Position numbers and translations under genes: made by a program
Part shown: in pieces, positions 14,034 through 28,217 of the stretch
How positions within the stretch are numbered: position 1 is the first letter of the stretch
Layout: each line of letters begins with the position of its first letter
Origin: Felis catus
Lineage: Eukaryota
Direction of reading: 5' to 3'
Length of the DNA: 64,000 nucleotides
Assembly (NCBI RefSeq): GCF_018350175.1
Contig: NC_058382.1
Location: 50,656,001-50,720,000 of the forward strand
The notes under the pieces: model-generated
The model's input: the letters and a program-made list of their open reading frames with translations, nothing else
What the model was told of the DNA's origin: nothing
Databases searched by the model: none

Positions 14034-15352
14034 TAGAACATTAGATTAGTAATACTATGGATCGTTCTGATGTTCTTGCCTCTCAAACTGCAAACAGGAA
14101 GAAAAGCGTGCCTCTACTGTCCTATAAATTTAATCTAAAAGGATTATTTATAAAATTATTAAGATAGTTTTGTTATAATTTTGATGATTTCGCATTTTCA
14201 ATGTTAACTTGTTATTTATATAAAATACTTCCTGTATTTTATTATTGTTAGAAACTCTTTACTATCCCATATAATATCAGTATGAATTTTGTGGTTCATT
14301 TTGAAATGAGATGCCTATTTGCATATAATAAATATTTCCATCAATTAAAAGTAGAGACATTTGGGGGGAATGTTAACAACCTAGCATTATGTATAAGAAA
14401 ATGTCCACAAAGTAATCTGTCGGTTCTAATCATCAGCAACAAAATTGTCATGGGAAATGCTGGTACATTACTGCAGGGCAGTGGCTTCTGGGTTAGGATG
14501 TGTGTATGCTACAGAAACTTGGTCGCAGAAAACCACTTATGGATATTTTCCTCCTCCCTGTATCCACATTAAAGATAGGAATCCTGTAGATAAATTGTCT
14601 GAGTGAGGAAAATAAATTTATAAACCTGAATATATCATTGTAACTAAAATAAATATGGCCCAAGGGCACTGAACACTAAATATACTTTAATAAGTATATT
14701 TACCACCACTGTGTACCTTTTGAACTTGAAGCATATCTCTACATTAAGATATTTTCTTTGTTAAATTGGAGATACCCTGTGAAATAAAGTAATTGGCATC
14801 TCTGCAGGCAGCTAAGTGAGTAGCATTAAGTCTTACGGTAAGTTTGGCTCAAAACTGTTCATTTCATCCTAATTTCATTCCAAAATCCATGGCTGTGACC
14901 ACTTGGAAATATTTCTCATCTTTAGTAAAACTCCATTTGCTTATAAAAATTCCATTAACCAATTGCGTCATTGGAGTGGTAGATGTATTTTTAAAAAGAT
15001 TATAGAAACAACATTATTGTAATATTCCACAGTAGTTTGGCATTTCATAATGTAATAAGGTGTATTTTTTTTTTAAGGTAGAAGCTAGTTCAGAGATTTG
15101 CTTATGTTTGACTGCATATTTGACTTCTAGGGGAAAAATTCAAGATGTGCAGGAAAGGCTGCCTATTAGTAACATGCGTGGTCCTGATCTCAAAAATAGT
15201 GCAGTTTGACATAGGAGCTGACTTCTGGGAATTATGAGGACAGGAGGCATCCAAATAAGCCGTGAATTTTCCACCAGAAATTACTAACTAAAAAGAGTAC
15301 TCCTGAGTTTTTATAAGTAGCTCTTTAACTACAATTTTAACTAAAACTGTAA

Positions 15353-15538
<186 letters not shown>

Positions 15539-16244
15539 TAGTTAGGATTCCCCAGCATGAAGGACCGCCGGCAGAATCGTGATCATGAACAGACCGAAGG
15601 CATTCTTTCAGTGCTGCTCTCACACAGACCATGGACAGACCCTCAAATGTGGTCTCGTTTTTGAAAGGATCAAGGTTCTGTCCGAGATATTATTGATATT
15701 GGATACTGAAAAATGCTACACTTTCCTCATTTGTTTTACATTGCTCAGGAGGGAAACCCGACTAGCCTATCATATGTACCACTAGTGGGGCCATCGTAGC
15801 TCTAATGAAACCAGTGGAATTATTCACTGTACCAGCTGTGGAAGCAAAGCATGAAAATTTTGGCCCTCTACACAGAGGAAGACTTCTAAGCTGAATGACT
15901 CAGGTTAAAGGGCCAAGCTAAGTAAAAGTATTAAGGTGAAAATAACTCGTCTATATATTTTTTAGCTTTACCAATTTTGGATTTCTCATACAATGGAGAA
16001 AATTAAAGGGATATAAGGGGCCAGAAGGTGGGGTGCACTGTTAGGATAGAATGGAAAATTTAGAAAATATCATTCACCTTTGTGAATGGCTCTTTAAAAT
16101 TTGTTGTTCTCAGTCTTTGGGGCCACACTAAACTGCCTATTTTTTATCTTTTTTTTTTTTTTTTGTCTTCCTTTGCCCTCTGTCCTCTCCTCAACAAAAT
16201 GGCGTCCGTGCGGATGCTTGCATTCTCACGTAACAATTCTGTAG

Positions 16245-16332
16245 ATTGATGACAACGCAAGGAGACAAGTCCATCTGTCATCGGGTACAGAACTCAGCGC
16301 CATCAAGTCTCTTGTACTGGGCCGGATTTCAG
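16245..16332 (+). CDS. CNTNAP4: CNTNAP4 coding exon (IDDNARRQVHLSSGTELSAIKSLVLGRIS)
   Basis: ctgtAG acceptor, CAG|GTAAGG donor, 88 nt; keeps the frame. Confidence 0.93.
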
Positions 16333-18269
16333 GTAAGGAAAGGAACAGCCTTTCCCTAATTGTGACGCATAAAGATCAGAAGAGTCATACTGGAAACACG
16401 CGTGCACACGCATAGGCCACACACCAATTTATCATGCCGAAAGAAATCTTGTTTCGTTTTAATTATAAAGTCGGTGATAATGGAGGCAGAAACTCTACCT
16501 TCTCAGGTCTACTTTGTGTGACCCTGTGCAGGGACGTCTTGCTGAGCAAGCCCTGCCCTCTGATAGTAATGCCACTGTGCTCTCACGTAATGAAACGTGA
16601 TACAGTTCTCACACTTCAAAAATAGAAGGAAAGGTAGAAATAACAGCCTTTGTAACAATCAGCTGCCAAATATACAAGCTGTCATCTAATGATCAAACCA
16701 GGACTAGGCCTAAAAGAGAAGGTAGGGGAGAGCAATGGCTTTTGTTCTAATTAGTAAATGTGCTTTAGGTTCTGGCTTGGGGCCTGTTTGCTTTGTTGAG
16801 ATGTGGTGGTGGCCAGCCACTCTTGCCGAAACCCAGTGTCTGTGCCTTGTGATTATTAGTTATATCCAACAGTTACTTCTGACTATTCGCACTGAAGTAG
16901 AAACGTACTCTTGCCATCTTAATGTCAAAATATATATACATTTTCTTAAACTTGCCAACGGGGACTACGCGGAAAGAGGGGTGGTAAATTTTGAAAGGGT
17001 TTTCTTTCTACTTGCAAGTAAATTATAAAGAGGAGTGATATTTCACCTTATTTGGGAGGGTGAGGGGACTTCTTGTAGCCTGGTTCTTATTTCTTGTTGG
17101 ATATTTGACAGTAACCTGCAATATTTTGTCCCAGATAGTAAATGGAATCTTTCATTTTTTTGAACTTTGCAGCAGTTTGTACCTTGACTAATCATTCCTT
17201 ATGCTGCCTGTACATAATTCAGAATCTTGAGAATGTTTGATTAAACCCATGGGTGAATGATCAAAATATTGGCTCTTGAGTGAGTTAAGAGTTAAATTTA
17301 TAAATATTTATAGGCCCTCTAGGACCGTGATTAGCCCCCAAAATCGTGTGCTCTCATCCTGCAAACAGGGGAAATGTGAATTGCATTGTTCTCCCTCAGT
17401 ATGCTAGAGTGGACGTAAAAAATACGTGCAAAGTGCTACTTAGATATTTGGTAGCTTAACTGAAAAATTCCAAGTGAGTTTCATCATGTAAATTATGTTA
17501 ATTCAACTGTAGTAATAAAAAGAATCAAAGAAATATAACAAATCTTGATCTCAGGAGCTCCTTATCTAGCAGGGTCTGAGACGAGGCATTACATAAAAAT
17601 GTAAAACACAAGATAGAAAATTGTAATAGTTATGCCTAATGTTAATACAATCATAGTTTTAAGGAAATAAAATCTTCAAATTTAATGCCAGCATTGCTGA
17701 TGAAAATACTTTTTGTGAGTAGAAATATGTTAAATATATTATAAAACAATTGGGAAACTTATCTGCATTCTATTAGGAAGATTGTATTAATGACACAGTA
17801 GAATAATAACATTCGTTATATAAATATTTGTTTCCCTTTTTGTAAATGAGTAGGGAGATTAGTAGGGAATTAAAGATGTTAATGTTTTTACTCCAGAATA
17901 GCATATCATTAAAACGCATCTCACTCATACTGAAAAATAAGATTAAAGTCCAAATTGAGCAGTGAACTTTATAGTCTGAATCAACTCATTCTCCTAAAAG
18001 TATAGGTAAGAATTTATTTGCCATGTGCCTAAGGTGTGGATCTTGACCAAGGACTAATGGTCTGTTTGATCATTAATTCAAAGGAATTAATGTAATTCAA
18101 AGGAAAGTAATAATTTGTGGTCAAATTTGGTGTGGTATATGAATTTACAATAAAATATATGTAGTATATTATTATATTTTAATGTAGTATATTAATTTAT
18201 AGTAAAATAGACACTAAAATGGAACTATTAATTTTCCAGAGAGTTGCTCAATCTTGAAATTCCTTATTA

Positions 18270-18718
18270 TGTTAGTCCGGGTCCTCCAACAAGCAGTTGC
18301 CAAGACAAAATTAACCATGTGACGATTTTATTCAGGGAACACTTGTAAAGTAGGAGGTGGGGAGGGAGCTGGCCAAGAGCGGCAGAGCCATCAGATGGCC
18401 ACGCACGCACCTCTGCCTCCAATGAAGGAGAAAGGGAAGGAAACTCGGAAGTATCCTGGAAGTCTGTGCAATCTAAGAAGGGTTGAGGAGTCTTTGAGGA
18501 GCCCTTGGGTCAGCCAGCTATCAGAGGAGTCTCCTGTTTCCCAAGAATGAGCCTGCCTTAGGAATCCCTGCTCTGATCAGCCACCTCTGGGAGCCAGCCA
18601 CAGGAAGCATGGCCTTGGCCCAAGTATAGAGATGGGTTTCAGAGCCCAGCAGCAGGGGCCTTGGTCAGTTACCCTCCTCTAATTAGAGGTCTGCAAGACA
18701 CATTCTCACGGCCCCACG
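18270..18718 (-). mobile_element. Old ERVL/MaLR-class solo LTR (LTR16-like)
   Basis: TGTTAGTCCGGGTCCTCCAACAAGCAG...TTTATT start resembles LTR16-family ends; family not verified. Confidence 0.55.
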
Positions 18719-21700
18719 CTTATCAGGTATATTTTTCCTTTTTTGGAAGCCCCTTTGGCTCACTGATTCGTTTAGCACATACTCTGTGATCACGTGTTAT
18801 ATTCACGAAGAGTGCCATTCGGCAAGGTGGACATTACACCTGTCCTCACAGAGCTTATGGTTAGCGGACATACACGTAACCGTCACACAAAAGGTTCCTG
18901 TGTATCTGATTGAGTATAATGTATCCTATGTTGCTTTAGATAAAATAGTTCCAAATTACCCTCCAAATTAAAATGAGTTAAAATATTTCTATCATCTTAT
19001 GATTTCTGAATATTTCTTCTAAGGGGGCAGAATATAAACATTGATCAATTATATATATTTTTTGGAGTTGTGATTTGTCTACCTTTTCAAGCCAAGAGTT
19101 AAGGAGATGACCATTCACTGCCATATTAGATGGAAACCCAGAAAGAAGGACATCTCTTCCCTCTTTCAACTTTCTCCGTTATGCATTTCTTAAATTTTGG
19201 AAGAACTATGGAGATAATTTTGGATTGTCCTGTGAACCAAGGTTACTAGTAGATACTCAAAAAGAAGGTAAATTTTAGAAACAGTACCAAACTGTAGTAT
19301 GACAGCACAGAAGCCATCTCCAACTCCCTGTTACACTTAAAAGACTAAGGACTCAATAACTTTGACAATAATGCTCAGTAATAGTTGGGGGCTGTGGTGG
19401 GGAAGTCAAGGCTTTAGCCAAGCAGTTTAGTTCAGATCCTCCTACTATCAACAGAGTACATTAAATCTGCTTTTCATGTTCATAATTCACTATAAAATTA
19501 AGCTCTGACTTCTGTATCTCAGCACTTTTGTATGCTATAATAGTTTTATGATTTATTTTAGTAAAAGCTGGATGATTATTTTCACTTACTCTGAGTAGTA
19601 GCTTTTGCATATTAGAGGTCTAGATCAGTAGTGATTGTTCCTCTCTTCTGAGGATACAGAGCCAGGAGGTACCTCAGATTACTGCAGTGGAGATGAGGCC
19701 AGATGTAAATAATGTCTGTCATCAGCAAGGAAAGGACAGCCACTCAGTCTCTACCGAAGAGCTGTAAGAACAATTTCCTGTGTGTCAGGAATCCTTTATG
19801 TAAAACGTGCTTCGGTGCCTAGAGGTGAGGAAAAATCAGATGACCTGAGTCCTGTTTGTGTAACTATATTGTGAGATGACACTTGAGATAGTGGTTATTT
19901 CACAAGCAAGTTTTAAAAGAGAAGTACAGCTCAGAACAGGAGAAATCTTGTTCTAAGTAAGTCAGTAAGAAATCTTAAATTTTTTTTCTTCATCAGGTTG
20001 ATTTTTGAGTATTTTAACAGTTGGAATGTCATAGACTATCTTCAGTGCATACCGTGGCTTTAACCTTCTGGAGGCTTTGTTTCCAGAGAGTTAGCAGTAC
20101 CATTTTGAATTGGCCATACCTAGAAACTGGAAAACACCTTTCTCCTCGTCATAGTACGTGAGCATTGATCAAAGTGTCATGTCCCAAACCCAGAGAACAC
20201 TCCTGTTGCTGAAACATGTTCTCTGATTTTAATTATGGAGCAAATGGGAGGGTAGACATTGGGATTTTGTCAGAGGCTCATGTAGTCACGAGGATGTGCT
20301 CCAGGTGGGAAGGATGAATGTGATCCTTTGACAACAAGATCACCCTCGTTGCTCTCATCTGGTAGTCAAACATAACGAAGCAGAGCTCTGCTTACACTTC
20401 AAAAAAAAAAAGCAAAACAAAACCAAATGATAAAAGCGAAAGCCACAAATCCCAAATTATATATTTATCAGCTGCCAGATCTAGAAACCTTTGTACAGAG
20501 ACAAAACCAGAATAATTTCTAAAATAAAAAAGAGAAGGCAGTTGTTTATTCCTTTCATGACTAGCCTGCTTTAAAATGTGACTGCACCAGGAATAAGTAA
20601 ACAATAAAGCCATTATCAGGGACTTACACTACAGTGTGAATGACCTTATTAAAGAACAAGAATTGAAGGAAGAGAAAGAGAGGAGGAGGTTGGCAGGAGA
20701 GTGGCTGCACGAGTTTGGGGCACAAAGCAAACAGAGCAAACAGTTTCCGGCCCAGTGATGAGCTGTGGGAGCACTCAGAGTAAGAGCACTGGTTGTGAAT
20801 TCCGTTAGTGTCGTCTATTAAGTATAATAGAGGGTTCGAGATGGTTTCCATGTCATCATAGTACAATTTAATGTCATTACCTAAAAAATTACACTCCTTG
20901 CTTGATATCTGCTAGTGATGCTTGTTAATGATGATTGGAGTTAAAAATTTGTTCCTGCGGTCCATTTCCTTTGTAAAAATGAGCGCTGGAGGACAGAGAG
21001 GAAGCCGTTTTATTTCTTTCTGGTCTTCCTTCTAAAAAGGCAGACAGTCTGATGTCATCTCTCTGTCAAGTATGTTGTTCACAGGTTGTAAGTACGGACG
21101 CCGAAGTGAATGGTTCCTCAATCAGCTCCTTTAAGAGAACGATTAACTTGAACATTATCCAAAAAGAGATCTCTCCAAGATGTCATTAATCAAAGGAGAT
21201 ATGCAGGTGTAAAGTTGTTTTGCTAACTCATTGAGATTTCGTTGGGTCACGATTCCACACATGAAAAAAAAAATCCCAATTAAGACCATTACATGATCGT
21301 GAAATCGCATAAAACCTCTCACGGAAAAATGTGCTCACATCTTGAATGATATAATTTAACCTAGTGTAAAATGACTGCAGAGTCACTGTTCACAGGCTGA
21401 GTGAAGTTTACAGCTACTATCCATTACTTTGTTATGTCAGACATGTTATGGCGCGGGAACCGTGACAGCAGAAATTCGTCGTCCATCGTGGTATGGGAAG
21501 AACCAGTCTGCCTCGAGACAGACTTGGTCCACAGCCCTCCGTAATTAATAGGCTGCGTTACGTTTGTTTTTATATCCAAAGCTCATTGCCAAATCAAGTT
21601 CGGAGTTCTGTTTATGGATTGTTTTTATGTTAGAAGAGTTTTCTAAAAGCCCGAAGATGTTTTTCACTCATTCTGTGCTGAGCGGTAGCTTTGGTATATT

Positions 21701-23329
21701 TAGAGGCAATGACCCATCGGGATCATTGATCTCTTCTGACGCTGCAGAGCCAGGAAGTGGCTCAGATTTCTGCAGTGGAGATTTAGGCCAGATGTAAATA
21801 AAGTGTGTGGTCAGAGGGAAGAGGGTGTCTAGTCTAGCTCTTAGAAGAGCTAGAGGAACACACGTCAGTCTCGATGCTATTCTATGGAAAACCTGCTTCA
21901 AAGCCAAAGGGGTATGTAAGATAGTTTAATCAGATTATTTAAGGATCCTGTGATTTTGTAAATGTCTTATGGCACTTAAGACAAGTTATGTCGAAAGCGA
22001 AAGAGAAGTACAGGTCACCCAGAGATCTCTAACTATAAATAGCTTCTGTATTAATCAGATTTTCAAGGTGATATCTCAGAGCGGTAGGTTTGGTTGGCAA
22101 ATAAATACCTTTTATGAAAAACTGCTTCCGCATCCATGTGGTATATTTGCCGTCTGCTCCGCCATTTTACTTTCCCATGAACTCTTGTCTAGGATCCTGG
22201 CCGTAATGGTATATAACGGTAAAAATGCCAGGCTCCTCCTCTGATTTATTGCACCATGTTCGGCAGGCTTTTACTCTGATCTTCATAGATTAAAGATACT
22301 GAGATCCTTTTTAAATAAGGCCCCTCTTCATAGGTATGGCCAAACCATTTGGTTTTGTTTTCTGAGGTTTTCTGTTTGTTTGTTAAGGAGAGCCACAAGA
22401 AATTCCATGAAGCACTCTTTGCAATTATTCTTCCATTTACGTCACACCTTCTCCAGAAACAGTCCTCTTACTACGTATGGAAAGGCACTTCGTACACATT
22501 TTAATTCCTCGGTACCCTCTTTTTCTTGTAGACCTTTCGTTAAAAGGTTTCTTCTCTAACAAAGCAGGAGTCATTCTGTTTGTTGGAAAGTACAGTTGAG
22601 GCTGATTTTTTAATAGGCAAGATCACCCAAACATCTGAGTCAATAAGGATTTTTACGACCAGAAACATCCAAAACATGATTGTCTTCTCAGGGTTTGTGT
22701 AAAGCAGGAGACAGTGGTGTCGGCATCTCAGGAGTCAGGTAACAGGAAAGATAGAGATTTTTGCTTGTTGGCTTTGTTAGTGCAGTTGTCGATGTCTAGC
22801 AAAGATATCTAATGCTGTGTATTTCTAAGGCCAGCTTTGCTTATGAACAACATATTATAACTGTTAATTTTGCCTGGTCTCAGTTCTGGGGGGTAGGGGG
22901 TGGCTGCAAAGCCCCTGTGCTCTGCCTTCACTCCTAATTCCCACCCATTGACTCTCCTGCAAATAGGAGTTGCTGGTCCAGCCCAGCAGGCAGGGGGGAG
23001 CATTAGAGGTTGTCAGTGAAGAGAGCCTTGGGTGACCCCGTGCGCCCTGGTTGGAAGAGTCTGGACCAGCCTGCGAGAGTCTCTGGGGAACACCCTGAAT
23101 TGTGTAGATCCCTCCTCTCCACTTGGAAATGCTTGGCTTACAGAGATCTCTGGGACCCCCGTGGGAAAAGGTTAGCATTGAAAACGTCACTGTGCCCAAT
23201 CCCCCCCCTTTGCCAAAGAGGGAGTGACCTGAAACTTGAGGAGTTCCTGAGTCCTGCTGACGATGACCTGAGGTTTGAGTCCTCTCTGGCTGGAGGTTAG
23301 GGGTGCCTGGCCCGTACCCTCCCTGACGT

Positions 23330-23990
23330 GGGGCAGCTACATTGTCTACCTTCTCTAGATGTCAGCCGCCTAAGGAAACCAGTGACTGACAATCACCCGG
23401 CGGAGGAGAAAAACAGCTCTATTCTTAAGACTCACAACAATGAAACGGGAGAAGAAACAAAGCCACCGAATCACTCCCTATCACAATGGGCATATTCAGG
23501 GAGACGGACACCATCTGATGAGACTTAGTAAGAGCCCTTGCTTCCAACAAAGCAAAAAAAGACCTTGAGGAACTAAAAAGGTGTGACTGTTCCAGACTCA
23601 AAGTCAGTAGGAAAGAGTGATGTTTGTTGAAACGTGAACTCATCACCTAGAAGATCAAGTGATGAAGGCGTCGACTCACACAATATTAGGTCCTAAAGGA
23701 TAGAAATCAGGCTGGAAAAGTAAAACAGCTTAGAGAAAATGCAGAGAAGATGTGGTGTGAATAATCAGCAGACCAATAGGATAAAGAAGAGGAAGGAGAA
23801 GCAGGTTACGACACTTGGCAGGCTAACGAAAAACCTTGTGTCTCCAGATGAGAAGGGCCCACCATATTCTATGCAAAATTCCTAACACACAGGGAATCTT
23901 GCAAAATTTAAGAAAGAAGTGATGGAGGCAGAAGACGCTGGAATAATATCTCCAGACCACTAAGGGAACAGGGCTCTGAAGAATCAACCT
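23330..23990 (+). mobile_element. Probable ancient L1M ORF1-region fragment
   Basis: A-rich sequence with L1M ORF1-like motifs (CTCCAGATGAGAAGGGCCCACC; ATGGAGGCAGAAGACGCTGGAATAATATCTCC). Confidence 0.5.
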
Positions 23991-26172
23991 TAAAATAGAC
24001 GCGCAAAAATCACCTAATCCATCAAGATAAATTTCTGTTCCAGACGCACTCCATCACATTTTCTAATTGATTTATTCAGAGCATTACCACTCTTCAAAAT
24101 TTTCATTAGTTCCTGTTTCTATGTTTATTTTCTCTCTCTGCTGCTAGAATGTAACATGCTTGATATGCGCGGAATTTATTTCCTGTATCTCTAGCTCTTA
24201 AAACAAAAATTAATTGATTAACTGCCCACTTTACGTTTTAAGAGTTTAAAGTCTTTTATACCGTAACTTGTAATTTGAAAAATGTTTTTACTTAAAGGTG
24301 TAGTTTTTAAGATTCATCTCATGTCAGATTTGTACCAGAGAAGTGAATCGCATCTATTTACATTTTTCGGGGAGGGGGGAGTGTTCAAAAGATAAGATTT
24401 TTCAAAAGCCTATCGAAATTGTAATCAAGATTTTAACACTGTAGAATAAATGTGAAAAGCACTGTCCTGATTATGTTGTTTTTAATGTATATTTCTTGTT
24501 CCTTTCTTATTAAAGTAAAAAACCTCCAAAGCAAGAATGCTGCCTTTCTAAACATAAATATGCTTGAATGTATATCCATTCAAATGAGTGAATTCTGTGT
24601 GTTGGAACTAAGTTAGTTCTTGGTTTCCACACATGCACGACATGGCTTCTGTGGAACAACATAGTGCCGGGGGGTTGGGGGTCTCCCGTAGGTTCAAGGA
24701 GCCAGTCTGGGTGCAGTGAGGCAGGATGGCCTGGTAGTAAGAACATGACTTTCGGAGGTAGAGCCCCTGAGCCGGAATGCCATACATCCAGAGTAATCAG
24801 GTCAGGCTCATTCGGAGCTGACGCGCCAAGAGTCACTTCAAGAATAGTTGCTCTCCAGCCAAACAAACTAATAACAAAATACATCAGCAGCCCTGCAGAA
24901 GATATGAACAGAGTGAAGAAAACAATGTGCCAATCAGAAAGTGGTTCATAAATAGAAGAGTCTTGTGATTTGGAGCCCAACAGGCCTGACTCCCGAGCAG
25001 AATGCCGATGGCTGTGTGGCCTCAGGCCATCACTGCAGTTCTGAACCCACGCGTCTCGCCTGTGTGACTGACTGGGATGAGATACTGGCGGCTACTGGAA
25101 GCTGTCAACACAGACGTGCGAATCCCTTAGAACGGTGCCATTGTAAGCACCCAATAAATACTAAATATCTTTTTTTTTTAAGAGACAAGAGTGTCAAATT
25201 GTGTCTGTGTCCTTGTATATGCAGTGCAGGAGACATTAGTCCTCCTTTTTTATGGTCATATTGGGTGGGGAGGTGCTATATGGTCTGGTCACATTTGAAC
25301 TTTAAAACTATAGTTAGTTCCCCTGGTTTAGATTTCAGGCTCGCCACACACAAAATGTAAATATATTCTTCACTCTAAAATCATAAATTAGTATTCCGGC
25401 ATTCAAGCCAACCTCTGTTCCATCATAGTCCCAGAGAAACTCAACTCTGGTTAATGTGGGGGAGGGGTTTTCTGTCTAGAGGGGCCACACATGTTTCTGC
25501 CTGAGTGACAGCAGCCCTGAAACAGGGAGTGAGGTGTGGACGCTTTCACTGCCGTGCATGAGGAATTAGGGCGACTCTAGACACTTTGGGGTGTAGCCTT
25601 CCCACCTGATAACATCTTCCCCCTGCGTGTTTGGATGGGGCCAGAGAATACCAGACGGCTTTCAGCCAGACGGAGCTGTCTGCTTGGGCAGTTAACAGGG
25701 GAACTCTAGAAGCTCCATTTTCCCTCTAGCTCCTGTGATGGTCGTGACTTACGTCTCAAAGGCTGAGCTGAATTCATTTCCAAATCGAGAAGCACTTTAA
25801 TCTCTTGAACATTGACTGCAAGCCCTATCACAAATCACGTTAATCATCTATTTTTAAATGTAACATCTCACGAACCCTCATCAGTTCAAAACCTGGCTCA
25901 TCCGTCCGGAGGCTTCAATCATTTCCAGATCACCATACCATATTAAATTAGCCATACTTAAAAACTTGCTTTCGTTAACCTCAGGAGGCTCAGCGGTAGT
26001 CACGGAGAGACTTAACGGATCTGACTCTTTTAATAAAGACCCAAGAAAGGGGAGTTTAGTCCACTGCATGTCTGTTGTTACTGTATTATCAGACTCAGAA
26101 CATTCCATCTCTAGCCTTGCCTGTTTGCTCTTGCACGATTATTAATATTTTGGTGTTTCTTTGGATTTCCAG

Positions 26173-26391
26173 AGTACAATGACGTAGACCAGGAGACAGC
26201 CCTGGCCGGTGCACAGGGCTTCCTGGGCTGTCTGTCCGCGGTGCAGCTCAGCCACGTGGCCCCTCTGAAGGCCGCGCTGCAGCCTAGCCACCCGGCCCCT
26301 GTCACCGTCTCAGGACATGTGACAGAGTCCAGCTGTGTGTCCCAGGCTGGCACTGATGCCACATCAAGGGAGAGGACACACTCGTTTGCAG
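26173..26391 (+). CDS. CNTNAP4: CNTNAP4 coding exon (EYNDVDQETALAGAQGFLGCLSAVQLSHVAPLKAAL...RERTHSFA)
   Basis: ttccAG acceptor, CAG|GTAGGG donor, 219 nt. Confidence 0.95.
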
Positions 26392-26709
26392 GTAGGGGAA
26401 TGGCTCCTTCTTTGCGGTAACAAACGCACTTGTCCCCTGGGTGTTGAATCTTCTGATGCCGCTGTTGCAATGCGTTCTCAAGGTGGCCTCCCCAGATTGG
26501 TTTTAACTTCCAACCCATTTCTCTTCTAGATCCTCAGTGCCTTATCCATGTGAGCCACTGCGGTTGATGCTGCTGAGGTTAAAAAAAAAAATCGCAGAGA
26601 TCCCACACTGATTAAATGTTTTAAGATTTTTTTTTCCCCAAAATTTCTTCTTTTTACTTGGCTCTATTCCTCCCTCCCACTTTTTTTTTTTTTTATCCTT
26701 TTACTGCAG

Positions 26710-26781
26710 ATCATTCTGGAACAAGAGATGACAGAGAACCCCTAGCTAATGCAATCAGAAGTGACTCTGCAGTAATTGGAG
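26710..26781 (+). CDS. CNTNAP4: CNTNAP4 coding exon, juxtamembrane stalk (DHSGTRDDREPLANAIRSDSAVIG)
   Basis: Long polypyrimidine tract plus ctgcAG, G|GTAACA donor, 72 nt. Confidence 0.95.
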
Positions 26782-28004
26782 GTAACAGAAGGCGTGAATG
26801 AACTCTTCTTTGGTACTTCTCATCTCTAGGAGTGGGGAATAGTTAGCACTAGAGAAACGGTGGGGAATCCACACATATCCCCACTGAGGGACACTGGATC
26901 CTGAGGTCAATGGCGGGGGTGGTTTATTATTTATCCTGGGTTGTCTTTTAGAGTCTTCTTGAATTCATGAATTCCTTGAAGATTTTCAGTATACATAACT
27001 GATCATTTCCCTGAAGTGCCACACTCATACAGTTGCTACTCTGTGTAAAACTGAGCATCATTTAACTTGAAAATGGCCTTCTACAATCCCTAAGGAATTC
27101 TGAATATATTTGGGGAGGTACTATTTCTGTTGGCTTCTTGGATTTTGTCGTATTGTTTCCACAAGAGTTTATGTAAAAAGTAGGAAAAACCTGAGATTAA
27201 CACTGGGAACATACATTTTATGTTGTGTTAATACTCAATGAAATGGGTATTTCCGTGGTTTAGATGCTCACATCAGTGAATATAACACTTTTAGTTGCAT
27301 TTTTTTTTTATCAAATATTAGGCCAATGGAATGAAAGTGGTTTGTAGTTATTTTAAATTGCAGAATTAACACAAAAAAATGTTAAAGTATACCTTCCTGG
27401 CAATGAAACAGCATGTTCTCTGAGACACAATTTATTCAAAGCCAACCCCCAAAATATACCTTTTTCTTCCTGATGAATGATCTTCAGAAAGTAATTAATC
27501 AGATAATGGAAATGCTAAGTGACTCACCTTTTCTCCACACTTTGCATATGAGATGAACATAAAAAATAAACAGTTATTACATTGCCAGATAATGTGATTT
27601 CACTTTAACTTGGGCAGTTTATGTGGGCTTTATGTCTGGTCCGTTTTTGTTCTATTTTTTTACATCTTTACTCATTCAGACATCAACTTCCTTGAAGTCG
27701 TTAGGATTTTACTTAAACAGAGAATAGTACTAGTCATATCTTTGTGAGGATGTTAACATCCGCATTGCCATTTCAGTTGCTTTTCTTTTTATCAGATTAA
27801 TGGTGTATAAATTAAAGATACATAAGATGGAGTTCCCATTTAGTCATATGATAAGCAAAAAACAAACAGCAGTAAGTCCCTCCGAAAGGAGTAGTTAATA
27901 ACTGAGTGTCTAAAAGAAAATACATTAATATATTATTAAAAATACATTATGTGGTAAAAACTCATTTGAAGCTATAGCAATTAATGTGCTTAACATTTTA
28001 ACAT

Positions 28005-28217
28005 TTTTATTTTTTTAATGTTTTTATTTATTTTTGAGAGAGAGACAGAGTACTAGTGAGGGAGGGGCAGAGAGAGAAGGAGACACAGAATCCAAAGCAG
28101 GCTCCAGGCTCCGAGCTGTCAGCACAGAGCCCGACGCGGGGCTCAAACTCACAAACCGCGAGATCATGACTTGAGCCGAAGTCGGCTGCTCAACCGAATG
28201 AGCCGCCCAGGCGCCCC
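28005..28217 (-). mobile_element. Can-SINE
   Basis: Reverse consensus; flanking GTGCTTAACATTTTAA duplication. Confidence 0.93.

Noticed and set aside
24510..25360. Overlapping 95-156 aa ORFs in the CNTNAP4 intron
   Set aside because: No recognisable homology or splice structure; compatible with chance and with old repeat sequence
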